DNA of 64,000 bases, from NCBI GenBank assembly GCA_020637555.1, contig JACKKF010000009.1, positions 13,835 through 77,834 on the forward strand, given 5' to 3'. The notes under the pieces are model-generated. The model was not told where the DNA came from. It was given only the letters and a program-made list of their open reading frames with translations, and did no database searches. The translations under genes were made by a program, and so were the position numbers. This document shows positions 17,511 through 26,974 of this stretch, in pieces. Each line of letters begins with the position of its first letter. Position 1 is the stretch's first letter. Source of the DNA: Rhodobacter sp. (lineage in GTDB: Bacteria; Pseudomonadota; Alphaproteobacteria; Rhodobacterales; Rhodobacteraceae).

Positions 17511-20056
17511 CGCGCGTATATCGGGCCGTGGTGATCGGCGGCGGGGTCGTGGGGTGTTCCGTGCTCTATCACCTGGCCAAGGCCGGGTGGAAGGATGTGC
17601 TGCTGATCGAACGGTCCGAGCTGACCTCAGGGTCGAGCTGGCACGCGGCCGGCGGGTTTCACACGCTGAACGGCGATCCCAACGTGGCCAAGTTGCAGGC
17701 CTATACCGTCTCGCTCTACGAGGAACTGGAACGCATCAGCGGTCAGTCCTGCGGCCTGCACCTGACGGGCGGCGTGATGATGGCCGACAGCCCCGAGAGG
17801 ATGAATTTCCTGCGCATGGTGCAGGCACGCGGTCGTGCGCTGGGGATGGAGACCGAGCTCATCACCCCGACCGAGGCCAAGGCGATGTTTCCCCTGATGG
17901 ACGAGACGCAGTTCGTCGGCGCGCTGTGGGACCCGGTCGAAGGGCACCTGGACCCCTCGGGCACGACCCATGCCTATGCCAAGGCCGCGCGTGTGCTGGG
18001 GGCCGAGATCGAGTTGCGCAACCCGGTCAAGGACATCACCCAGGACCCTGACGGCATGTGGACGCTGCACACCGTCAACGGGCCCATCCGCTGCGAGCAT
18101 GTGGTGAACGCCGGCGGCCTCTGGGCGCGCGAGGTCGGCCGCATGGTCGGCCTGGAACTGCCGGTTCTGGCGATGGAGCACATGTATCTGCTCACCGACG
18201 CCATGCCCGAGGTAATCGAATTCAACCAGTCCACGGGGCGCGAACTGATCGGCGTCATGGATTTCAAGGGCGAGATCTATACCCGGCAGGAACGCCAGGG
18301 GATCTTGCTGGGCACCTATGAAAAGGCCTGCGTGCCGTGGTCGCCCGTCAACACGCCCTGGGATTTCGGCCACGAGTTGCTGGCGCCTGACATCGACCGC
18401 ATCGCGCCGTCGCTGGAAATCGGCTTCCGCCACTACCCGGCGGTGGAACGCGCGGGCATCAAGCAGATCATCAACGGCCCCTTCACCTTTGCGCCCGATG
18501 GCAACCCGCTGGTCGGGCCGGTGCCGGGGTTGACGAACTATTGGTCGGCCTGCGCGGTGATGGCGGGCTTCAGCCAGGGGGGGGGCGTCGGTCTGGTGCT
18601 GGCCAACTGGATGACCCAGGGCGATCCCGGCCACGACATCTTCGGCATGGATGTGTCGCGCTTCGGCGAATGGGCGACGCTGCGCTATACCAACGCCAAG
18701 GTGCGCGAGAACTATTCGCGCCGCTTCTCGATCCGCTTCCCGAACGAGGAACTGCCCGCCGCCCGCCCGCAGGAAACGACGCCGCTTTACGACCTGATGC
18801 TGCGCGACAACAACGCGGTCATGGGGGACAGCTGGGGGCTGGAGACGCCGCTGTGGTTCGCCCCTTCGGCGGACGAGGCGCATGACATCCCCAGCTTCCA
18901 CCGCTCGAACGATTTTCCGCATATCGCCCGCGAGGTGAAAGCCACGCGCGAAGGCGTCGGCGTGACCGAGATCGCGAATTTCGCCAAATACGAAGTGACC
19001 GGGCCGGGGGCCGAGGCCTGGCTGGATCACCTGATGACCAACACGATGCCCAGGGTGGGCCGCATCGTGCTGACGCCGATGCTGAACGAGCGCGGCAAGC
19101 TGATCGGCGATTTCACCATCGCCAAGGCGGCGGAGGGGCGGTTCCTGATCTGGGGCTCGCTGGGGGCCTCGCGCTATCACATGCGCTGGTTCGAACAGCA
19201 CCTGCCCAAGGATGGCACGGTCCGCGTGCACCGCTTCCACATGGATCTGGTGGGCCTGTCGATCTGCGGGCCGAAATCGCGCGAGGTGCTGGCGAAACTG
19301 GTGGACGCGGATGTGTCGAACACGGCGTTCCGGTTCATGGATTTCCGCGAGCTGGACGTGGCCGCGGCACCGTGCCTGATCAACCGCATCACCTATTCCG
19401 GCGATCTGGGCTACGAGATCTGGATGAAACCCGCCGTTCAGCGGCGGGTCTATCTGGCGATCAAGGAGGCGGGCGCGGAATACGGCATCGTCGATTTCGG
19501 CATGCGGGCGCTGCTGTCGATGCGGCTGGAAAAGAACTTCCCCACCTGGTTCGCCGAACTGCGGCCGATCTACGGCCCGTTCGAGGGCGCCATGGACCGG
19601 TTCATCAAGCTGCAGAAGCCCGATTTCATCGGCCGCGAGGCGGCGGTGAAAGAACGCGACGAAGGGCCGAAACTGCGCCGCGTGTCGCTGATCGTGGATG
19701 CGGGCACCGCCGATGTCATGGGCGACGAGCCGATCTGGGCCCGGGTGGGTGACACCGACTATGGCACGATCGAAACGCCGCACGGCTATGGCGCGCCGCG
19801 CTTCGACGGGGCCGGGCAGGAACTGGCCAAACCCGACCCCGCGCGCGATGGGGACTGGCGCGTGGTCGGCTGGGTGACCTCGGGCGGGTATGCGCATTAT
19901 GTGCAGGCCTCGATGGCACAGGGCTATCTGCCCGCCGCGCTGGCCGGGGACGGGGCCGAGGGGATGTTCCAGGTCGAGATCATGGGCGAACGGCGCCCGG
20001 CGCGCATCGCGCTGGAGCCGCCCTTTGACCCCGAGGGCGCGAGGATGCGGATGTGA
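17507..20056 (+). CDS. dimethylglycine/sarcosine dehydrogenase-like enzyme (FAD DAO domain fused to a GcvT folate-binding domain)
   Basis: ATGA overlap with the upstream gene. VVIGGGVVGCSVLYHLAK dinucleotide fold, SSWHAAGG, and a C-terminal aminomethyltransferase-like block ..RITYSGDLGYEIW... Confidence 0.9.
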   Translation: MTRVYRAVVIGGGVVGCSVLYHLAKAGWKDVLLIERSELTSGSSWHAAGGFHTLNGDPNVAKLQAYTVSLYEELERISGQSCGLHLTGGVMMADSPERMNFLRMVQARGRALGMETELITPTEAKAMFPLMDETQFVGALWDPVEGHLDPSGTTHAYAKAARVLGAEIELRNPVKDITQDPDGMWTLHTVNGPIRCEHVVNAGGLWAREVGRMVGLELPVLAMEHMYLLTDAMPEVIEFNQSTGRELIGVMDFKGEIYTRQERQGILLGTYEKACVPWSPVNTPWDFGHELLAPDIDRIAPSLEIGFRHYPAVERAGIKQIINGPFTFAPDGNPLVGPVPGLTNYWSACAVMAGFSQGGGVGLVLANWMTQGDPGHDIFGMDVSRFGEWATLRYTNAKVRENYSRRFSIRFPNEELPAARPQETTPLYDLMLRDNNAVMGDSWGLETPLWFAPSADEAHDIPSFHRSNDFPHIAREVKATREGVGVTEIANFAKYEVTGPGAEAWLDHLMTNTMPRVGRIVLTPMLNERGKLIGDFTIAKAAEGRFLIWGSLGASRYHMRWFEQHLPKDGTVRVHRFHMDLVGLSICGPKSREVLAKLVDADVSNTAFRFMDFRELDVAAAPCLINRITYSGDLGYEIWMKPAVQRRVYLAIKEAGAEYGIVDFGMRALLSMRLEKNFPTWFAELRPIYGPFEGAMDRFIKLQKPDFIGREAAVKERDEGPKLRRVSLIVDAGTADVMGDEPIWARVGDTDYGTIETPHGYGAPRFDGAGQELAKPDPARDGDWRVVGWVTSGGYAHYVQASMAQGYLPAALAGDGAEGMFQVEIMGERRPARIALEPPFDPEGARMRM

Positions 20057-20122
20057 GATCGGGGTGGCGGACCTCGGGGGCATCGAGCCCCCTCGGCCCG
20101 CCCGGGGCCGGCCCCGGCCCCC

Positions 20123-20181
20123 GCCGGGAGGATTTTCCATCCTCCCGGACCCTCCTGGAGGATATTTCCGGCACAAAGATG
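20123..20181. repeat. 59-bp intergenic repeat, copy 2
   Basis: 57/59 identical to 14823-14881, offset exactly 5300 bp. Preceded by GC hairpins (GGGGGC-atcga-GCCCCC and the 16-bp palindrome CCGGGGCCGGCCCCGG). Confidence 0.85.
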
Positions 20182-20306
20182 GGGACGGCCGGGGCCTTGC
20201 CCGTCGCCGGGCCCGCGATATCGCCGGCGATGGCAGCGCGCCGGATGGTTGCGCAGGGGCGCGTCGGCGTGTTTTCTGACGGTCTTGCAACCGGAGGAAG
20301 CCGCCC

Positions 20307-21395
20307 ATGAAAGCCGCCGTCTGCCACGCCCATGGGGCGCCGCTGACCATCGAGGACGTGGTGCTGCGCCCGCCCGGTCCCGGCGAGGTCCGCATCGCCG
20401 TCGAGGCCGTGGCCATCTGTCATTCCGATATCGGCTATCTCGACGGCATCTGGGCCAGCCGGTTGCCCGCCGTCTATGGCCACGAGGCCGCCGGGCGGAT
20501 CCTGGAACTGGGGGCGGGCGTGCAGGGCTTTCAGGTCGGCGATGCGGTTGTCGTGTCGATGATCCGGGCCTGCGGCCAGTGCCGTGCCTGTCGCACCGGC
20601 AAGCCCTTTCTCTGCGCCGCGCCCTATGATCGTGGCAACGGCGTGCTCAGCCTGCCGGACGGCACCGTGGTCGAGCACGGTCTGGCGACCGGCGGCTTCG
20701 CCGAGGAATGCGTGGTCCACGCCAGCCAGATCGCCCGGGTGCCCGAAGATCTGCCGATGGAGCTGGGGGCGTTGCTGGCCTGCGGGGTGATTACCGGCGC
20801 GGGGGCCGTGATCCACACCGCACAGGTCGAACCCGGGTCCACCGTGGTGGTGATCGGGGCGGGGGGTGTCGGGCTCAATGTCATACAGGGCGCGCGGCTG
20901 GCGGGGGCCGCGCGGGTCATCGCGATCGACCTGGCGCAGGAGAAACTGGACGCCGCGCGCGACTTTGGCGCCACGGATGTGTTGCGCGCCGACATGAAGG
21001 GCCTGCGCAGGGCGGTCATGGCGCTGACCGACGGCCAGGGGGCCGATTATGTGTTTGTCGCGGTGGGGGCCATCGCGGCCTACAACCAGGCGCCGTCGCT
21101 GGCGGGACGCGGGGGCACGGTGGTGATGGTGGGCATGCCGCCATCGGGCGCCAGGATGGAGATCGAACCCGTGATTGCCGCCGCCACCGCGCAGACCTAT
21201 CGCGGCAGTTTCATGGGCGCGACCGTGGTCCAGCGCGACGTGCCCTATCTGGTCGAGATGTGGCGTCAGGGCCGACTGAAACTGGAAGAGCTGATCACGC
21301 AACGCTACCGTTTTGACCAGATCAACGAGGCCATCGCCGAGGCCCGGCAGGGGCATGTCCGGCGCAATGTCATCATCATGGAGAAGCGCGGGTGA
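20307..21395 (+). CDS. zinc-dependent alcohol dehydrogenase family oxidoreductase
   Basis: ICHSD, GHEAAG, the structural-Zn Cys cluster CGQCRACRTGKPFLC, and the GAGGVG Rossmann motif. Confidence 0.9.
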   Translation: MKAAVCHAHGAPLTIEDVVLRPPGPGEVRIAVEAVAICHSDIGYLDGIWASRLPAVYGHEAAGRILELGAGVQGFQVGDAVVVSMIRACGQCRACRTGKPFLCAAPYDRGNGVLSLPDGTVVEHGLATGGFAEECVVHASQIARVPEDLPMELGALLACGVITGAGAVIHTAQVEPGSTVVVIGAGGVGLNVIQGARLAGAARVIAIDLAQEKLDAARDFGATDVLRADMKGLRRAVMALTDGQGADYVFVAVGAIAAYNQAPSLAGRGGTVVMVGMPPSGARMEIEPVIAAATAQTYRGSFMGATVVQRDVPYLVEMWRQGRLKLEELITQRYRFDQINEAIAEARQGHVRRNVIIMEKRG

Positions 21396-22624
21396 AGCTC
21401 AGGGATCTGCAGGTTCTGGTCATCGGCACGCCTCCGCCCGGCTGGGGCGGGCATTACTGGCTGATCGTCAAGGTCACGACCGACACCGGCATCACCGGCT
21501 GGGGCGAGGTCTATGCCGCCTCGGTCGGGCCGCGCGCGATGGTCGCGGTGATCGAGGATGTGTTCGCGCGGCACATGCTGGGCGAGAATCCGGAAGATAT
21601 CGAAAAGATGTTCCGCCGCGCCTATTCCTCGGGGTTCACGCAGCGGCCCGACCTGACGGTGATGGGGGCGTTTTCCGGGCTGGAGATCGCGTGCTGGGAT
21701 ATCCTGGGCAAAGCCCATGACCGGCCGGTGCACGCGTTGATCGGCGGGCGCATGAACGACCGGCTCAGGGCCTATACCTATCTCTACCCGCTGCCAGGCA
21801 TGGACCCGCGCGCCTTCTGGACCTCGCCCGAGATGCAGGCCGAGGCCGCCGAGGCCGCCGTCGCCCAGGGGTTCACCGCGATCAAGTTCGACCCGGCCGG
21901 GCCCTATACGATCCATGGGGGCCATCAGCCCGCGCTGTTCGATATCGACCTCAGCGTGCGGATGTGCGCCGCGATCCGCAAGGCGGTGGGCAACCGTGCG
22001 GATCTGCTCTTTGGCACGCATGGGCAGTTCACGCCGTCGGGTGCGATTCGGCTGGGGCAGGCGCTGGAACCCTACAGTCCGCTGTGGTTCGAGGAACCGA
22101 TCCCGCCGGACAACCTGCTGGATTTCGCGCAGGTCGCGCAGGCGGTGCGCATTCCCCTGGCCACGGGCGAACGCATGACCACCAAGGCCGAGTTCGGCAC
22201 GCTTCTGCGCGCGGGCGGGGCATCGATCCTGCAACCGGCGCTGGGGCGCTCTGGCGGGATTTTGGAAACGAAGAAGATCGCCGCCCTGGCCGAGGCCTTC
22301 GGCGCGCAGGTGGCACCGCATCTCTATGCGGGCCCGGTCGAGTGGGCCGCGAATGTCCAGCTGGGCGCCACGTTGCCCAACCTACTGATGATCGAGACCA
22401 TCCAGACCGGCGGCGCCTTCCACCTGCCGCTGATCCGCCACGGTCTGCGGGTCGAGGACGGGTATATCCCGGTTCCGACCGCCCCCGGACTCGGCATCGA
22501 TTTTGACGAGGATCTGGCGCTGGCGCATCCTTATGACGGCAATGCGCTGCATCTGCAGATGCAGGATGCACCTTGCGATTATGCGGCGGCGAACGCCTTT
22601 CAGGGAGGGGCGCCGCGAGACTGA
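21392..22624 (+). CDS. enolase-superfamily enzyme (mandelate racemase / acid-sugar dehydratase-like)
   Basis: The GTG start overlaps the ADH stop. ..GWGE.., FKFDP-like AIKFDPAG, LWFEEP, ATGER and ILQP motifs. Confidence 0.85.
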   Translation: MKLRDLQVLVIGTPPPGWGGHYWLIVKVTTDTGITGWGEVYAASVGPRAMVAVIEDVFARHMLGENPEDIEKMFRRAYSSGFTQRPDLTVMGAFSGLEIACWDILGKAHDRPVHALIGGRMNDRLRAYTYLYPLPGMDPRAFWTSPEMQAEAAEAAVAQGFTAIKFDPAGPYTIHGGHQPALFDIDLSVRMCAAIRKAVGNRADLLFGTHGQFTPSGAIRLGQALEPYSPLWFEEPIPPDNLLDFAQVAQAVRIPLATGERMTTKAEFGTLLRAGGASILQPALGRSGGILETKKIAALAEAFGAQVAPHLYAGPVEWAANVQLGATLPNLLMIETIQTGGAFHLPLIRHGLRVEDGYIPVPTAPGLGIDFDEDLALAHPYDGNALHLQMQDAPCDYAAANAFQGGAPRD

Positions 22625-22834
22625 CACGCCGCGCCCTGCGGCCGGCACGGGACCGAGGATTCCCGGCGAGTTGATGGAAAGGGGGGAAAATCGGGTTGAA
22701 AATTGTGGCCTGTCGCGTTTGGATGGGCACATGTCGTAATTGAGACGGCGTTTGCAGGGTCCATGGGGCGCTCTTGAAACGGAGCTTGGCCATGGCGTCG
22801 CTTGCGGACGCAAAGCCGAGACAACAGGGAGAAC

Positions 22835-24484
22835 ATGATGAAAGACGTTATCGACACTGTTCAGGACCGGGTGCATCCCGCGGCCGAGATCTATCTGCGC
22901 GATCACACTGCCGGCAAGCTGAGCCGGCGCGAGTTCCTGACCCGCACCACCGCGCTGGGCGTGGCCGCGACCGCTGCCTACGGGATGCTGGGCCTGGTCG
23001 CGCCCGAGGCCCGCGCCGAGGACATGACCCCCGTGATGGGCGGCACGCTGAAGATGCAGATGTCGATCAAGGCCCAGCGCGACCCGCGCACCTGGGACTG
23101 GTCGGAACTGGCCAACGCCTGCCGCGGCTGGCTGGAATATCTGGTCGACTACCAGCGTGACGGGTCGCTGACTCCGGTCCTGCTGGAAAGCTGGGAAGCC
23201 AGCGAGGACGCCAAGGTCTATACCCTGCATGTGCGTCAGGGCGTGACCTGGAACAACGGCGATGCCTTCACCGCGCAGGACGTGGCGCACAACATCACCC
23301 GCTGGTGCGATGCCTCGGTCGAGGGCAACTCGATGGCCTCGCGCATGGGCAGCCTGATGGAGAACGACGCGGCCCGCGAGGGCGCGATCGAGGTCGTGGA
23401 CGATCACACCGTCCGCCTGAACCTCAGCGCGCCCGACATCGCCCTGATCGTGTCGATGGCCGACTATCCGGCGGCGATCATGCACCCCTCGTTCAACGGC
23501 GACGACCCCGTGGCCGAACCGATCGGCACCGGTCCCTATCGCCCGGTCAGCTATGAGCCCGGCATCGGCGCGGTGGTCGAACGCAACACCGACCACACCT
23601 GGTGGAACGCGGGCAATGGCGCCTGGCTCGACCGGATCGAATTCGTGGACCTCGGCACCGACCCGGCCGCCTGGGTCGCCGCCGCCGAAGCCGGCGAGAT
23701 CGACCTGAACTATCAGGCGCAGGGCGATATCATCGACATCTTCGATTCGATCGGGATGCCGCGCAGCGAGGCGGTCACCGCCGCCACCATCGCCGTGCGC
23801 TTCAACCAGGACAGCGAGCCCTACAACAATGTCGCGGTGCGGCGCGGCCTGCAAAAGGCCGTCAACAACGCCGTGGTGCTGGAGCTGGGCTACAACGATC
23901 TGGGCACGGTCGCGGAAAACCACCATGTCTGCCCGATCCACCCGGAATATGCCCAACTGCCGCCGCTGGTGGTCGATGGCGCCGCCGCCCGGGCCGAGAT
24001 CGAGGCCGCCGGTTTCGGTGACTACGAGTTCGAGCTGATCTCGATCGACGAGCCCTGGCAGGCGGAAACCTGCGATGCCGTGGCCGCGCAGATCCGCGAT
24101 GCCGGGATCAACATCAAGCGGACGATCCTGCCGGGCGCGACCTTCTGGAACGACTGGACGAAGTATCCGTTCTCGGCGACGGAATGGAACATGCGTCCGC
24201 TGGGCGTGCAGGTTCTGAACCTGGCCTATCGGTCGGGCGTGCCGTGGAACGAGACCGCCTTCGCGAACGCCGAGTTCGACGCGCTGCTCGATCAGGCCAA
24301 CGGGATCGCCGATGCCGACGCCCGCCGCGAGGTGATGCGTCAGATCGAAGAGATCATGCAGAACGAGGGCGTGCTGATCCAGCCTTACTGGCGCTCGATC
24401 TTCCGCAACGCCGCCGAGAACGTCCACGGGGCGGAAATGCACCCGACCTTCGTGGTGGACTACGTCAACTACTGGAAGTCGTGA
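22835..24484 (+). CDS. ABC transporter substrate-binding protein, family 5 (peptide/nickel/opine type), Tat signal
   Basis: Twin-arginine leader SRREFLTRTTALGVAATAAYG. Length and pattern are typical of DppA/OppA-like proteins. Confidence 0.9.
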   Translation: MMKDVIDTVQDRVHPAAEIYLRDHTAGKLSRREFLTRTTALGVAATAAYGMLGLVAPEARAEDMTPVMGGTLKMQMSIKAQRDPRTWDWSELANACRGWLEYLVDYQRDGSLTPVLLESWEASEDAKVYTLHVRQGVTWNNGDAFTAQDVAHNITRWCDASVEGNSMASRMGSLMENDAAREGAIEVVDDHTVRLNLSAPDIALIVSMADYPAAIMHPSFNGDDPVAEPIGTGPYRPVSYEPGIGAVVERNTDHTWWNAGNGAWLDRIEFVDLGTDPAAWVAAAEAGEIDLNYQAQGDIIDIFDSIGMPRSEAVTAATIAVRFNQDSEPYNNVAVRRGLQKAVNNAVVLELGYNDLGTVAENHHVCPIHPEYAQLPPLVVDGAAARAEIEAAGFGDYEFELISIDEPWQAETCDAVAAQIRDAGINIKRTILPGATFWNDWTKYPFSATEWNMRPLGVQVLNLAYRSGVPWNETAFANAEFDALLDQANGIADADARREVMRQIEEIMQNEGVLIQPYWRSIFRNAAENVHGAEMHPTFVVDYVNYWKS

Positions 24485-24498
24485 ACGTCACCTGACCC

Positions 24499-24535
24499 GG
24501 GCAGGGCGCCGCAACCCGGTGCCCTGCCGTTTTCC
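24499..24535 (+). terminator. intra-operon hairpin GGGCAGGGC-N13-GCCCTGCC followed by GTTTTCC (attenuator or partial terminator after the binding-protein gene)
   Basis: Read directly from the sequence. Confidence 0.45.
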
Positions 24536-24621
24536 GTGTTCGGTCCGATAGGGCCCCTTTCGCCGCCGCGGCGCAAGGGATGGTGTTTATCATCCTCGCG
24601 CGGCCCGCCATAGGAGACGCC

Positions 24622-25707
24622 ATGCTGCTCTTCCTGCTTCGGCGCATCGGACTGATGCTGATTACCGCGCTCTGCCTCACCTTTGTGGTCTTTGCGCTGA
24701 CGAACCTTCCAGCGAAACTGGAAACCCTGGCCAAGACGCAGGCCGGCAGCCGCATGACGGATGCCGAGGTCGCGCGCTGGATCGATCGGAACGGCTATGG
24801 CTCGCCCATGCTGCAACGCTATGGCGAATGGCTGGGCGTGATCCCGGGCTGGGTGCGCCACGATGACGACGGCACCGTTCATGGACGCTGCGTGGATCGC
24901 CACCAGGACCCGTCGCTTGCCGGCAGCCGCTGCGGCATCCTGCAGGGCGACTGGGGCTATTCCACGCGCTTCCAGGACAATGTCTCGACCGTGATCTCGG
25001 CGCGCGTGGGGGCGACCGGCCTGCTGATGATGTGGGTTCTGATCGTCATGGTGCCGATGGCGCTGATCGTCGGCGTCCTGGCCGGGATGCGCGAGGGGTC
25101 GCGCACCGACCGGGCGCTTTCGACCTTTGCCATCGCCTCGACCGCGACGCCGGAATATGTTTCGGGCGTCCTGTTCATCGCCTTGCTGGCCTCGTCCACG
25201 GTGGGGCTGTCCCCGTTGCTGGCCAGTTGGGGCTGGATCGACGGCCGCGTGCTGTTCCAGGGCAATGCGCGTTCGGCGATGGAGGATATCACCCTCTCCA
25301 ACTTCACCTTGCCGGTGCTGACCATCGCCCTCTACGGCATGGGCTATGTGGCCCGCATCACCCGCGCCTCGATGACCGAGGTGATGACCCAGCAATACAT
25401 CCGCACCGCCCGCCTGAAAGGTGTGAGCTTCAGCAAGATCGTCCTGAAGCACGCCCTGCGCAATGCGCTGATCGCCCCCTTCACGGTCATCATGCTGCAG
25501 ATCCCGTGGCTGCTGAACGGCGTCGTCATCTCCGAGGTGCTGTTCAGCTATCCCGGCTTCGGCTGGACCCTCTACGAGGCGGCGGTGAACAACGACATCG
25601 AACTCCTTCTGGCGTCCTCGGTGGTCGCGGTGGTGGTCGTGCTTGTGACGCAGCTGATCTCGGATATCGGCTATGTCTACCTCAACCCCCGCATCCGGAT
25701 TTCGTAA
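24622..25707 (+). CDS. ABC transporter permease (DppB/OppB-like)
   Basis: MLLFLLRRIGLMLITALCLTFVVF N-terminus and the ..YIRTARLKGVS.. EAA-loop motif. Confidence 0.9.
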   Translation: MLLFLLRRIGLMLITALCLTFVVFALTNLPAKLETLAKTQAGSRMTDAEVARWIDRNGYGSPMLQRYGEWLGVIPGWVRHDDDGTVHGRCVDRHQDPSLAGSRCGILQGDWGYSTRFQDNVSTVISARVGATGLLMMWVLIVMVPMALIVGVLAGMREGSRTDRALSTFAIASTATPEYVSGVLFIALLASSTVGLSPLLASWGWIDGRVLFQGNARSAMEDITLSNFTLPVLTIALYGMGYVARITRASMTEVMTQQYIRTARLKGVSFSKIVLKHALRNALIAPFTVIMLQIPWLLNGVVISEVLFSYPGFGWTLYEAAVNNDIELLLASSVVAVVVVLVTQLISDIGYVYLNPRIRIS

Positions 25708-25719
25708 GGAGACGCGCGC

Positions 25720-26880
25720 ATGGACCCCCTCAGCTGGTTCGAGATCTTCGCCCGCGCCGCCCAGCAGTTCCTGCCGGTCTGGATCGCCCTGGTCGTGACC
25801 TTCGCCCTGTCGATCCGCTTCAAGCGGCGGCTGGGCCTGTATGGCAAGCTGTTCGATTCGACCATCGGCATGATCGGCTTCGGCATCGTCATGTTCTGGC
25901 TGTTCACCGCGCTGTTCGCCGGAATGATCGTCACGCACGATCCGCTGGCGCAGGTCAGCGGACTCAGGAATGCCTCGCCCGGCTCGGCCCTGCGGTCGCC
26001 CGGGGATCTCTATCCCTATTACCTGTTCGGCGGTGACAGCCTGGCGCGCGACGTGTTCTCGCGCATGGTGATGGGCGCGCGCGAGGTGCTCAGGATCGCG
26101 CCCTTCGCGGCGATGATCAGCTTCATGATCGGCATCTCGCTGGGCCTGCCCGCCGGATATTTCGGCGGCAAGCTGGACACCGGGCTGACCTTCCTCGCCA
26201 ACCTGGTGCTGGCCTTCCCGGTGATCTTGCTGTTCTTCCTGCTGGTCGCCCCCGAGATCCAGCAGACCCTGATCCCCAAGGTGATGGCGGGCCTTCTGTT
26301 CCTGGCGCCGATCCTGTTTGTCACGGTGCTGCTGAACAGCCGCTTCTTCACCCAGCCCGCCAAACGCAACCTCTATGTGGGGGTCGTGCTGGTGGTGGGC
26401 GCCTGGGCCTATGCGGGGCTGGTGTTCAACGCCGACCCGGCGGGCATCTGGTCGATGTCGCCCAACCTTCTGAACGTGTTCGTCGCGGTGGTCTTCGTCA
26501 ACGCGCCGACCGTGTTCCGCATCGTCCGGGGCATCACGCTGGACATCAAGACCCGCGACTACGTCGCCGCGGCCCAGACCCGGGGCGAGGGGCCCTGGTA
26601 CATCATGCTGTGGGAAATCCTGCCCAACGCCCGCGGGCCGCTGATCGTCGATTTCTGTCTGCGCATCGGCTACACCACGATCCTGCTGGGCACGCTGGGC
26701 TTCTTCGGCCTCGGCGTTTCGCCGGAAAGCCCCGACTGGGGATCGACCATCAACGCAGGCCGCCGCCTGCTGACGGTCTATCCGCATCCCGCGCTGGTGC
26801 CGGCGATCAGCCTCATGAGCCTGGTTCTGGGTCTGAACCTTCTGGCCGACGGGCTTCGCGAAGAAAGCCTCAGGGACTGA
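25720..26880 (+). CDS. ABC transporter permease (DppC/OppC-like)
   Basis: ..DYVAAAQTRGEGPWYIMLWEILPNA.. EAA-loop motif; multi-pass membrane protein. Confidence 0.9.
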   Translation: MDPLSWFEIFARAAQQFLPVWIALVVTFALSIRFKRRLGLYGKLFDSTIGMIGFGIVMFWLFTALFAGMIVTHDPLAQVSGLRNASPGSALRSPGDLYPYYLFGGDSLARDVFSRMVMGAREVLRIAPFAAMISFMIGISLGLPAGYFGGKLDTGLTFLANLVLAFPVILLFFLLVAPEIQQTLIPKVMAGLLFLAPILFVTVLLNSRFFTQPAKRNLYVGVVLVVGAWAYAGLVFNADPAGIWSMSPNLLNVFVAVVFVNAPTVFRIVRGITLDIKTRDYVAAAQTRGEGPWYIMLWEILPNARGPLIVDFCLRIGYTTILLGTLGFFGLGVSPESPDWGSTINAGRRLLTVYPHPALVPAISLMSLVLGLNLLADGLREESLRD

Positions 26881-26974
26881 TGGCTCCCGAACGCCCCATC
26901 ATCTTGTCTGAAATACGCCACGGGGGTCCGGGGGTGTGAAACCCCCGGTCCGTCCACCGCCACAGGAGTGACCG

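Noticed and set aside
14875-20310. Small ORFs starting at the ATG that ends each 59-bp repeat copy (14879 and 20179)
   Set aside because: Sequence downstream of the two ATGs is unrelated and the SD spacing is poor. The shared ATG is probably just part of the repeat.
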